IMG/VR virus record: IMGVR_UViG_3300030118_005494
Direction: 5' to 3' (one strand)
Length of the DNA stretch: 20,000 bases
DNA from: an uncultured virus (IMG/VR IMGVR_UViG_3300030118_005494)
Lineage: Duplodnaviria; Heunggongvirae; Uroviricota; Caudoviricetes
The notes under the pieces were generated by a model, which had not been told where the DNA came from, made no database searches, and worked only from the letters and a program-made list of their open reading frames with translations. Below are positions 9,261-16,609 of the stretch, piece after piece; position 1 is the stretch's first letter; the number at the start of each line of letters is the position of its first letter. The position numbers were made by a program, and so were the translations under genes.

Positions 9261-9284
9261 TGCTCTCGTCCTTATTTCAGATAT

Positions 9285-9306
9285 AAAAAAGCCCCAATTA
9301 AGGGGC
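9285..9306 (-). terminator. intrinsic terminator between the RNAP1 unit and RNAP2
   Basis: Minus strand GCCCC-UUAAUU-GGGGC followed by UUUUUU. Confidence 0.7.
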
Positions 9307-9326
9307 GTATTCAGTGTTGATACTAC

Positions 9327-9494
9327 CTAGTTCATCATTTTCCAATCTTGGACAAATGAAGCTGTCTGTGCTCGGGTTAAGTTAAACTTAGTTCGAACTG
9401 TGTCGTATACTGTGATGCTGTCATATTTTCCATCATCCTTAAGTTGACTAATGAACTCCATAACTGCTTTTTTCACATCTTTAGTTTTAGACAC
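9327..9494 (-). CDS. small hypothetical protein (55 aa), missing from the ORF track
   Basis: GTG start with AAAGGAG RBS overlapping the RNAP1 end: MSKTKDVKKAVMEFISQLKDDGKYDSITVYDTVRTKFNLTRAQTASFVQDWKMMN. Confidence 0.75.
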   Translation of the reverse strand: MSKTKDVKKAVMEFISQLKDDGKYDSITVYDTVRTKFNLTRAQTASFVQDWKMMN

Positions 9495-10401
9495 TTGTTA
9501 TTTCTCCTTTTGCAAAGTTAATAAGTGCTTTCTTATATTCAGTTGATTGTATATTGATATGATGTCCTTTAGAGTACATACGCCCTCTACTATCATACCC
9601 GTAACGCAAATAGAATCTGTTACCTGCGTCTAGTATTTCGTTATACACTTGTTTGCTTGTATTAACCAATAGTTCAAATTGTCGTTTCTTTTCAATTGTA
9701 TCTAGTGGCTTATTACTTTTCTCTGGAATTTTAAGTACCTCAGTATCCAGAGTTAAGGCTTGCTGTGCATATAAATTCAGCGCATCTACAGCTATGTTAG
9801 GTGTATTTCTGGCTAAATGATGTCCTAACATACATGAGCCATCTACGTTGCTGTAAGAGCCATCTGTGGAGACATCTTGATATGCCATTGGCGGTATTAG
9901 AGAAGGTGGAACATACATAAAACTATTTATCAGTTCAATTGTATCTTCATCCAATTCCATACAGGCAGTAACATACATTTCATTGTACTCGTTAAAGTCA
10001 ATATCCACTAAATCTGCTTCTGCCATTAAGACTATCAATTCAGCTGCTGTAGTGACTTTATCTCGGGTAGTGAAATCAGCAAACAAAGTATTATTGAACC
10101 ACCCCATAGTAGCTCCACATACAGCTTGAATTGACATTGTTTCATTGCTGGCTAATAGCGGGGTTAACACGTATAGAAAGAAATCAGTAACCTTGTTAAG
10201 TTCTAACTTCAGTATGTTTAACCTAGTTCGTTTTGATTCATACCCGGGGTCGTGTTTAACCCATTCCTTAAATGAAATAAATGCTTGCATGAAATGCAAC
10301 CGCATATCCAAATCTTCAAGTAATTCTTTCTCGATTATTTTACGGATATTCTTTTTGGAATATCTGAGTTCTAAATCAAGTTGTTGTTGTAAAGCATTCA
10401 T
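9487..10401 (-). CDS. RNAP1: N4-like RNA polymerase II subunit 1 (gp15-like)
   Basis: Q..LE..YS, YESK..R, FMY.PP..IPP and FYL....DSRGRMY.KG.HIN.Q (DxxGR motif); AAGGAG RBS. Confidence 0.93.
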   Translation of the reverse strand: MNALQQQLDLELRYSKKNIRKIIEKELLEDLDMRLHFMQAFISFKEWVKHDPGYESKRTRLNILKLELNKVTDFFLYVLTPLLASNETMSIQAVCGATMGWFNNTLFADFTTRDKVTTAAELIVLMAEADLVDIDFNEYNEMYVTACMELDEDTIELINSFMYVPPSLIPPMAYQDVSTDGSYSNVDGSCMLGHHLARNTPNIAVDALNLYAQQALTLDTEVLKIPEKSNKPLDTIEKKRQFELLVNTSKQVYNEILDAGNRFYLRYGYDSRGRMYSKGHHINIQSTEYKKALINFAKGEITSV

Positions 10402-10412
10402 ACTATCTCCTT

Positions 10413-10439
10413 AAAAATTAAAAGGCTCCCGAAGGAGCC
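10413..10439 (-). terminator. intrinsic terminator with UUCG tetraloop after the gp2/Drc-like gene
   Basis: Minus strand GGCUCC-UUCG-GGAGCC followed by UUUUAAUUUUU. Confidence 0.8.
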
Positions 10440-10450
10440 AATTAGGTTAT

Positions 10451-10726
10451 TTAAAGTTCGATATCATCAGTTTCAATGAACTGGATAGTTCCAGTTAAAG
10501 TGAATACGTGATCTGGGTCTTGCTCTGCTTTGCGAATCATGGCAGCAGTTGCACGATCAATACCGGTTAAAGGAACACCTTTAGGTAAAGAATGCTCATT
10601 ACCCTGTTTATCTTTAAGACGTGGATTCCAGTATGCAATCACTTCAGGTTGTGAACGATTACCACGAGCAGGAACACGAGATTGCTTTTCAGCTTGAGTT
10701 TGGTTTGATTTCTTTGAAACAGCCAT
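10451..10726 (-). CDS. probable ssDNA-binding RNAP II co-activator (N4 gp2/Drc-like)
   Basis: Sits immediately upstream of RNAP1; basic/polar N-tail, AYWN..L...G.....GVPL core, acidic C-terminus DDIEL; GAGGA RBS. Confidence 0.6.
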   Translation of the reverse strand: MAVSKKSNQTQAEKQSRVPARGNRSQPEVIAYWNPRLKDKQGNEHSLPKGVPLTGIDRATAAMIRKAEQDPDHVFTLTGTIQFIETDDIEL

Positions 10727-10771
10727 AGTTAAGTCCTCATTAACTAAGATTAAGACAACATTGTCACATGT

Positions 10772-10782
10772 GTCCGAAGGAC
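10772..10782 (-). promoter_or_regulatory. virion-RNAP-type hairpin promoter
   Basis: Template (+) strand GTCC-GAA-GGAC upstream of the gp2-like gene; TCAC at the same offset as in the 17289 hairpin. Confidence 0.6.
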
Positions 10783-10852
10783 TTATTAGAGTGCTATCTG
10801 AACAAGTTAAAGTAGGGGTCGAAGAAAGAATTGTGTGCTTTTAAGGCCCAAA

Positions 10853-10865
10853 TGTGCGAAGCACA
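10853..10865 (-). promoter_or_regulatory. virion-RNAP-type hairpin promoter
   Basis: Template CC-CAAA-TGTGC-GAA-GCACA matches the N4 promoter layout (CC, 4 nt, 5-bp stem, GNA triloop). Confidence 0.75.
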
Positions 10866-10877
10866 CAGGGCCATATA

Positions 10878-11381
10878 TCAAAGTTCTAGAGGTGGAAGTT
10901 TGACTTTTTTACAAGCGTACTGGATACGATCAATTTCTCTCCAAGCTCTATCATATTGATTTGAATTAAATGTACCTACTAACTCACCTAGATAGTCAAA
11001 TATATATATAGGTTTACACTCCATATACATTTGACGAATCATATCTAAAGTACCTTTAGATTTACCATCCCATACAGCTACAAGTATGTCAGACATATTT
11101 TGCATCTTAGTATTACGTTGGAATCCAGCTAGTGCATTGTAAGCAACGTTATTACGGTATTTAATAACACAAGGTTCAACAGAAAGATCATTCCATGCAG
11201 CAGGTACTGGTAGTACTTTTACTCCGATAGATTTGGCATAATCTGCAAAAATTGAATCTGCTCCCGGGGCTTCACCTGAAACATTAATCACATCGTCAAA
11301 TTTATCTAAAACAAAATCATAAATCTTCTTAGTAACGCTAATATCTGTAAAGCTACGTCCACCAGCAAATATAATTTTCAT
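10878..11381 (-). CDS. SLOG superfamily protein (YspA/DUF2493-like)
   Basis: IIFAGGRSF, VSGEAPGAD, AGFQRNTKM and VAVWDGKSKGT.DMI motifs. Confidence 0.85.
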   Translation of the reverse strand: MKIIFAGGRSFTDISVTKKIYDFVLDKFDDVINVSGEAPGADSIFADYAKSIGVKVLPVPAAWNDLSVEPCVIKYRNNVAYNALAGFQRNTKMQNMSDILVAVWDGKSKGTLDMIRQMYMECKPIYIFDYLGELVGTFNSNQYDRAWREIDRIQYACKKVKLPPLEL

Positions 11382-11390
11382 GGTATGTCC

Positions 11391-11885
11391 TTAAATTGGG
11401 TCCAATGAATAGATAGTTAAATTAACTTGTGAATTGTCTGCAAATAACGTTTCGATGATTTCAAGAATAATATTCCAATCACCTCGTGCTGATCCTGCAC
11501 CTAACATAGGGCAAGCTAGTTCAATAGGAGCACCTGTTCTATAAGACTCAGCACGCAATCGAGCATTGATGTCGTGAAGACCTTTAAACAAATATCCATA
11601 GTGAACCTGACGTCCATTTGTACTTGGATTCTCTTGACCAAACAGGTTGTAAATTACTTGGTCGTTTCCTACGTTGTAGTGCATGTAGGTACCAAGTAAT
11701 TTCTCTGGGTTATCCATCTTGTCACACACAGCTTGGTATCGCTCTAGACATTGTGGGTAAGCTTGTGCAATTTGTTTTGCTACACCTCCACCCATTACAC
11801 CTCGAACATTACAGCAGTGAACTAGATTGGTTACTTCACCTTTTTGGAATGCTTTAACAATGTCACCTTGGATTAAATCAACCAT
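11391..11885 (-). CDS. macrodomain (ADP-ribose binding/hydrolase) protein, T4 Tk.4-like
   Basis: IQGDI, VHCCN..GVMGGGVA.QI, YNLFGQ and PMLGAG.ARGDW..I motifs. Start moved to ATG 11885, which overlaps the upstream stop. Confidence 0.9.
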   Translation of the reverse strand: MVDLIQGDIVKAFQKGEVTNLVHCCNVRGVMGGGVAKQIAQAYPQCLERYQAVCDKMDNPEKLLGTYMHYNVGNDQVIYNLFGQENPSTNGRQVHYGYLFKGLHDINARLRAESYRTGAPIELACPMLGAGSARGDWNIILEIIETLFADNSQVNLTIYSLDPI

Positions 11886-12030
11886 TAAGACCACCTTCAA
11901 TTACATATGGAGAAATACCAGCAGTTAGAATAGAAACAAATGCAACTAAATACTGAGTTTCTGCTAATGCAATGCCTGCTACTACTGAAAATATAGATAC
12001 AGCCAGTATCGTGAATTTATTTGATTTCAT
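11878..12030 (-). CDS. small membrane protein (50 aa), missing from the ORF track
   Basis: MKSNKFTILAVSIFSVVAGIALAETQYLVAFVSILTAGISPYVIEGGLNG; AAAGGA RBS; fills the gap between neighbours. Confidence 0.7.
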   Translation of the reverse strand: MKSNKFTILAVSIFSVVAGIALAETQYLVAFVSILTAGISPYVIEGGLNG

Positions 12031-12208
12031 GTTTATTTCCTTTGCAGTTTGGGCAGGTATGTTTAGAACCTTCTAAAGAAGTACCCATAACTACCCAACC
12101 TTGATTAGTGAAATTTGAATTAGCTTGTATTACTGATTTCGAAACAGTTCTAGCTTCAGTTTGCTTGCATGTATCACATACAATTCGATAGTTAAGAAAG
12201 TAAGCCAA
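12017..12208 (-). CDS. small zinc-finger protein
   Basis: CDTC...GW...CPNC; TTG start with a GGGGG RBS. Confidence 0.7.
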   Translation of the reverse strand: MAYFLNYRIVCDTCKQTEARTVSKSVIQANSNFTNQGWVVMGTSLEGSKHTCPNCKGNKHEIK

Positions 12209-12209
12209 A

Positions 12210-12425
12210 CTATACCCCCTTTAAAACTTTTTTACATAAAAGTAAAAAAGCAATCAAAATAGCAATACTAAAATGAATCAAAGATAATAAAGGCCAAGAT
12301 ATAAAGCTAACAGTGTTTATTATCTTTGGATACCTACAGTAGTATTTATGTGTTTTTGCCCAACCAACAAAATTAATCCATATACCTAGTAAGTACATGG
12401 CCCAAGCTACATAATAGTAATCCAT
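12210..12425 (-). CDS. small membrane protein
   Basis: Two hydrophobic segments, SWPL motif. Confidence 0.65.
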   Translation of the reverse strand: MDYYYVAWAMYLLGIWINFVGWAKTHKYYCRYPKIINTVSFISWPLLSLIHFSIAILIAFLLLCKKVLKGV

Positions 12426-12685
12426 TACTTATTCCTTAATGCTGTTTGTTCTTCGAGCCAACGAGTAACTGTAGTGAGTACTCTTTCATTGTTTGGTCTG
12501 GCTGCAATCTTAAATGATAGGTCATTGAGTAAGCGTTTTTCTGAAGCTTGAACTAAGTCTTTTACTAAGTCTTTATCATACTTACTCTGGTTTGTTTTAA
12601 CTAACCTTGTTGCTACAGTTATACCGAAGCAAACCCCCACCACAAATGCGGTGAGGATTACAAATTCAATTGAGACAAATTCCAT
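12425..12685 (-). CDS. membrane-anchored hypothetical protein
   Basis: N-terminal hydrophobic segment; AAGGA RBS. Confidence 0.7.
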   Translation of the reverse strand: MEFVSIEFVILTAFVVGVCFGITVATRLVKTNQSKYDKDLVKDLVQASEKRLLNDLSFKIAARPNNERVLTTVTRWLEEQTALRNK

Positions 12686-12694
12686 AATAATTCC

Positions 12695-13039
12695 TTATAT
12701 GTCTAGTTTTGCTTGAGCGTATTTACAGATATGTTTAACACGGTCAAAGCCACGTAAGTTAAGAATAGCTCTACGAATTGGGTCTGTTTCATGCCAATTC
12801 ATAAGGCGATGGGTTTTAAGGCTGTAGATCTGTTTAGTGCGAGTAATCAGATAAGAGATACCTTCGTAGTGAACGATAGTAGCCATATTCTTTTTACTGG
12901 CTGGGTCTACAATAAAGTTACGTCTAGCAATCTGAAGTTTATGCCCAGATTCAGTAACAATAAGTAATAACCCTTTAGGACGTACAGCAAGACAAAGACA
13001 CCATTGGCCCTTGTATTTACCATATTTACCTACTTGCAT
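12695..13039 (-). CDS. basic hypothetical protein (114 aa)
   Basis: AAGGAG RBS; packed ORF. Confidence 0.75.
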   Translation of the reverse strand: MQVGKYGKYKGQWCLCLAVRPKGLLLIVTESGHKLQIARRNFIVDPASKKNMATIVHYEGISYLITRTKQIYSLKTHRLMNWHETDPIRRAILNLRGFDRVKHICKYAQAKLDI

Positions 13040-13054
13040 AAAAGTCTCCTTATA

Positions 13055-13426
13055 CTAATTTTCTCCTTCGTCCGAAGGACTTACAAAGTATTCTTCAGGT
13101 GAGTTTTCTAAAATATTCGCAATTCCATTGAAAGAAGTTCCACGGTCATTAAGATCAATTAAGGAAAGACCTTCATTCATAGGTTCACCTTTACCGGTTC
13201 TTAGTCCTACCCAATGCATTACCTCTTTTTGTGCGTACAAAGAACCTCCTTCAATAATGCTATGTGGCCCTGTTGCAAGGTTTTTGTCTGTATTTTTTTC
13301 ATACACTTTACATGCAACACCTAAGCAACAAAAAGCCCCAGAAGGTCTTTGGAGTGCATGATACCCTTGGATATATTCACCACTTCTAAGAGCAGCAATC
13401 CATTTCTTTTGGTTTTCAGTAAGCAT
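13055..13426 (-). CDS. conserved phage hypothetical protein
   Basis: KWIAALRSGEY.QG...CCLGVAC...L..LND.G.SF..IA pattern recalled from many phages; AGGAG RBS. Confidence 0.8.
   Translation of the reverse strand: MLTENQKKWIAALRSGEYIQGYHALQRPSGAFCCLGVACKVYEKNTDKNLATGPHSIIEGGSLYAQKEVMHWVGLRTGKGEPMNEGLSLIDLNDRGTSFNGIANILENSPEEYFVSPSDEGEN
13070..13080 (-). promoter_or_regulatory. possible intragenic virion-RNAP-type hairpin promoter
   Basis: GTCC-GAA-GGAC, identical to 10772-10782, about 30 nt upstream of the start at 13039. Confidence 0.45.
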
Positions 13427-13622
13427 AAATATCTCCTGTGCGCCCCGTAGAGCGCATCTAATGATTCTGGTAGTGTAATTGTATGGACTTGAGGTAGAAC
13501 GTTCGACTGTGGCTCACTGTGGAGCCAGAATCATAGTTCTAGTTCATCCAATTCGGCGAATTCTGTATCAGAGTACTGTATTTAAGTATACTTTGATGTA
13601 TTAAACACATAAGTAGTTCATA

Positions 13623-13796
13623 TTAACGTTTTCCTGTGGTTACAATTCGATTATTAAGATATTCATTCCAAGCCAACTTATTGCCATTAGCGTACATACG
13701 TGCAAGTAATGGGAATTCAGCTGGGTCAGGTGAGTAGAGTTGAGATTCAGATAGGTGTTTGTAGAGTTCAAGGCATTGCTGTTGGTACTTAGTCAT
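13623..13796 (-). CDS. small hypothetical protein (57 aa), missing from the ORF track
   Basis: MTKYQQQCLELYKHLSESQLYSPDPAEFPLLARMYANGNKLAWNEYLNNRIVTTGKR; ATG overlaps the upstream stop. Confidence 0.6.
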   Translation of the reverse strand: MTKYQQQCLELYKHLSESQLYSPDPAEFPLLARMYANGNKLAWNEYLNNRIVTTGKR

Positions 13797-14091
13797 GGAC
13801 TTGTACTAACATTTGAATATCAGTTCCTGATATATCGCTACCAAGTAATTCCTCACAAGCGCATATTTCAGAAACAATAAAGCCTAATTTAGGCATTCCT
13901 AATGCTGAAATCACTACTGCACTATTATCACGTAGCCAGTATGTAAGTCCTTGTCCTTTAAAGATGCATAAAGACACATTTGAAACAGGATGACCTAGTT
14001 TACGTAGATGGTCTTCTAATTGGGAATTGTCTACATGAAACTCATAAGTATCTAACCCAATATGAAATGTTAAAGTTGCTGATTTACTCAT
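13789..14091 (-). CDS. hypothetical protein (100 aa)
   Basis: GAGGA RBS; coupled overlap with the upstream gene. Confidence 0.7.
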   Translation of the reverse strand: MSKSATLTFHIGLDTYEFHVDNSQLEDHLRKLGHPVSNVSLCIFKGQGLTYWLRDNSAVVISALGMPKLGFIVSEICACEELLGSDISGTDIQMLVQVHD

Positions 14092-14386
14092 TTGCGTCTT
14101 CCTCGATAAGAATTAAAATTTTGTTTGCCAGTTCTTTACGTAGTTGCAGTTGCTCACCTTCATACAAAGTATTTTGGTGTTTATGCTCTAAATAAGTATT
14201 TTCATCTGGAAAACATTTAGAAGGATGTACTCTGTAATAATACTGTTTAAATACTCTGTAAGTGTTATGACCAACCTGTGCAACTATGTTAGAACAAAGA
14301 CCACAATTAGATTTTAAAATAACTTTTGTATGGTCTGCTACAAATAGACATAGCCAGTTATATAATTCACGTTGTTCTTTATCCAT
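14084..14386 (-). CDS. hypothetical protein (100 aa)
   Basis: TAAGGAG RBS; GLC and LY.GEQ..LR..LA motifs. Confidence 0.75.
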   Translation of the reverse strand: MDKEQRELYNWLCLFVADHTKVILKSNCGLCSNIVAQVGHNTYRVFKQYYYRVHPSKCFPDENTYLEHKHQNTLYEGEQLQLRKELANKILILIEEDANE

Positions 14387-14618
14387 GGGTGTTACTCCTT
14401 ATAGTAATAGTAGTGATACTTCTATTTAATATACTTACAAACTTCTTAGCATTTACCCACCGTTCATAAGCTACACCATGTCGCATGGTGATAGACCTAG
14501 GCCAAGTACATCTCCATACTCCATTACAAAAATATATGTGAGGTTTTCCCCAATTAATGTTTCGGGAACTAAAAGTAACTAATCTACGTATATTGCTAGT
14601 TTTAGTTACATTATTCAT
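14379..14618 (-). CDS. hypothetical protein, paralogue of 16357..16557
   Basis: GKPHIYFCNGVWRC...WVNAKKFV; TAAGGAG RBS. Confidence 0.75.
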   Translation of the reverse strand: MNNVTKTSNIRRLVTFSSRNINWGKPHIYFCNGVWRCTWPRSITMRHGVAYERWVNAKKFVSILNRSITTITIRSNTHG

Positions 14619-14634
14619 GGGTGTTACTCCTTAT
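14384..14634. repeat. 19-bp perfect direct repeat (14384-14402 and 14616-14634)
   Basis: Two copies of CATGGGTGTTACTCCTTAT, which is RBS plus start codon on the minus strand. Confidence 0.85.
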
Positions 14635-15031
14635 GTAGCTTGTCTGCAATTTCTTTACCGATATAATCAGTCAAATCAGTACCTTCCACAAAGTGATTAT
14701 AAATACCATGATCACCATTAAATTCAGTGTCTCTATGCGTAATGGTATTTAAAGCTTGATAGAGTGCTTCACACTCTTTAGTCTTTTCTTCTGCTATTGC
14801 CTGAACTAAGTTTTGGTTAGCCATTATCGCGTCTAACGCATGTATTACATTTGGGGCTGAGTGTCTGCTTGAGTGTACTAATTGCTGTACTTGGCTAGAT
14901 AGTTCACACAGTAATTCATGCTCTCTATCTTGTTTAGGTGTTTCACATAATTCATGCTTACGGATTGCTGCATTTAAAGCTCTGTGTAATACAGTTAATT
15001 GTTCACGATCATAGATTGAAATAATAAACAT
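14624..15031 (-). CDS. hypothetical protein (135 aa)
   Basis: AAGGAG RBS; predicted helical composition. Confidence 0.7.
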   Translation of the reverse strand: MFIISIYDREQLTVLHRALNAAIRKHELCETPKQDREHELLCELSSQVQQLVHSSRHSAPNVIHALDAIMANQNLVQAIAEEKTKECEALYQALNTITHRDTEFNGDHGIYNHFVEGTDLTDYIGKEIADKLHKE

Positions 15032-15041
15032 TAGTTTCTCC

Positions 15042-15239
15042 TTATTCTGGGTATCTCTTTCTAGTGTTATATGCAGCTTTTGCTATCACAGTAGTTACGT
15101 GTTGTAGGCTACGCATTAAACGTGCCCTAAATTCAGCTGGATACGCTTTTGTACCTAGAATCTGTATTACTTCTGCTTCTGGTAGTACTACACAAGATAA
15201 ATCACATGGAATAAGCTTGTCAGCTTTACCTTGAGACAT
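15042..15239 (-). CDS. hypothetical protein (65 aa)
   Basis: AAGGA RBS. Confidence 0.7.
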   Translation of the reverse strand: MSQGKADKLIPCDLSCVVLPEAEVIQILGTKAYPAEFRARLMRSLQHVTTVIAKAAYNTRKRYPE

Positions 15240-15263
15240 ATTATTTCCTTATACCTAAACACC

Positions 15264-15285
15264 AAAAAAGCCCCCGAAGGGGCTT
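15264..15285 (-). terminator. intrinsic terminator with UUCG tetraloop
   Basis: Minus strand GCCCC-UUCG-GGGGC followed by UUUUUU. Confidence 0.85.
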
Positions 15286-15301
15286 CTTAAAGTTAGTTAA
15301 T

Positions 15302-15412
15302 TTATAGAACTACTTCGTCAAGTAATTCCTCGTATTCACAAGCTTCCAATTGTAACTCTTCAGCTTGTTCCAGTACTCCTACTTCTTCAAGTAGTTCATC
15401 GTAATCAAACAT
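15302..15412 (-). CDS. 36-aa highly acidic peptide, missing from the ORF track
   Basis: GGAGG RBS; MFDYDELLEEVGVLEQAEELQLEACEYEELLDEVVL; followed by a terminator. Confidence 0.7.
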   Translation of the reverse strand: MFDYDELLEEVGVLEQAEELQLEACEYEELLDEVVL

Positions 15413-15454
15413 AATAAGTCCTCCAAAATAGTATGTTTAATCTGTTTTACTTCT

Positions 15455-15625
15455 TTAGTGTAGTCGTTCAACCTCTTCGTTTAAATATAACTTTTGGATA
15501 CCTGAATAGGATTTACCTTTTACACCTTCTGCAAATACCTTAGTTACTGTGATAACGAATGGTTGTCTAACTATTAGTTTAGGTCCACCAATGACTCTAA
15601 GCTTTTCACCTACTTTGAATGTCAT
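15455..15625 (-). CDS. small SH3/KOW-like protein (56 aa), missing from the ORF track
   Basis: MTFKVGEKLRVIGGPKLIVRQPFVITVTKVFAEGVKGKSYSGIQKLYLNEEVERLH; AGGGG RBS; FKVG..VRV-like start. Confidence 0.7.
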   Translation of the reverse strand: MTFKVGEKLRVIGGPKLIVRQPFVITVTKVFAEGVKGKSYSGIQKLYLNEEVERLH

Positions 15626-15635
15626 TCAAGTACCC

Positions 15636-15941
15636 CTAAAAGATATTACCGTTCTGGCATCCAGTTAGACCATATTGAAAGGCTGCTAAGAACATTAGTT
15701 TGTTATGTGGTTTGTTTATCTGTTCGTCAGGTATATAGAAATGGTCATTGATCCACTTCGTATACGCTGCTTCGATATACTCTTCACCATTCAACTGATG
15801 TAATTCCTTTGGTTTGGTTGTTGTCACAGGAACATCAAAGTAACAAGTTAATTGTTCTGTTGTTAGTGACTCTACAAATGCCATTGGCATCCCATTTTCC
15901 AATAGTTTCTTTTTCGCATCTTCGATGTACATTGATTTCAT
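15636..15941 (-). CDS. hypothetical protein (101 aa)
   Basis: AAGGA RBS; packed ORF. Confidence 0.7.
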   Translation of the reverse strand: MKSMYIEDAKKKLLENGMPMAFVESLTTEQLTCYFDVPVTTTKPKELHQLNGEEYIEAAYTKWINDHFYIPDEQINKPHNKLMFLAAFQYGLTGCQNGNIF

Positions 15942-15957
15942 GATTTTATTTCCTTGT

Positions 15958-16167
15958 TTATGTGTGTATTGCTAGGATTATTGCCAATATTACAGGCAAC
16001 CAAATTGGTGCTGATACCATTGCTACAAAGTACACAGCAAGGTGCACTATACAATCTCTTACAGGTATATCTGCCTTTAATAGCTGTACTACCCGCACAA
16101 ATAAGAAGGTAATCATGAAGATATAACTAAATACTATGTAGAGTTCAAATACAGTTAAATCAAACAT
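15958..16167 (-). CDS. small membrane protein
   Basis: Two hydrophobic segments; GGAG RBS. Confidence 0.7.
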   Translation of the reverse strand: MFDLTVFELYIVFSYIFMITFLFVRVVQLLKADIPVRDCIVHLAVYFVAMVSAPIWLPVILAIILAIHT

Positions 16168-16169
16168 AA

Positions 16170-16364
16170 CTATTTCTCCGTGTATAAAATGAAGTCAAAG
16201 TACCCTAGTAAATACATTACAACTGCCATTGCAATGATGTTACCAAGTACACTTAGTATTAATTTGTAATGCTTCTTACAGAGTTCACATACTGTATCTT
16301 TGGCTATGTAGCACAGGAATGAACCTAACAACCACCCAAACACAAAAAGTAAAATATCAAGCAT
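16170..16364 (-). CDS. small membrane protein
   Basis: Start moved to ATG 16364 (GGAG RBS, overlap with the upstream stop); two hydrophobic segments. Confidence 0.65.
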   Translation of the reverse strand: MLDILLFVFGWLLGSFLCYIAKDTVCELCKKHYKLILSVLGNIIAMAVVMYLLGYFDFILYTEK

Positions 16365-16557
16365 TGTTACTCTCCAATCGTTTAATAAATTTATCTGCAT
16401 CAAGCCATGGTTGAAATGAACCGTTTGTAAATACAGTTCCGTGTACTGGTGCTAAACATTTCCAGTGGCCATTCCAATAGTAAATATGTGGCTTACCATC
16501 CATAGGTAATCTACGCCGTACTTCAACTATCTTTTCTTCATTTGATAGCTTACTCAT
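16357..16557 (-). CDS. hypothetical protein, paralogue of 14379..14618
   Basis: GKPHIYYWNGHWKC...WLDADKFI; AAGGAG RBS. Confidence 0.75.
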   Translation of the reverse strand: MSKLSNEEKIVEVRRRLPMDGKPHIYYWNGHWKCLAPVHGTVFTNGSFQPWLDADKFIKRLESNNA

Positions 16558-16587
16558 GTAACTATCTCCTTAATATTTCATAAGGCA

Positions 16588-16603
16588 AGCGCCCGAAGGC
16601 GCT
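16588..16603 (-). terminator. UUCG-tetraloop RNA hairpin (weak terminator or mRNA stabiliser)
   Basis: AGCGCC-UUCG-GGCGCU with a poor U-tract. Confidence 0.5.
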
Positions 16604-16609
16604 AAACCC

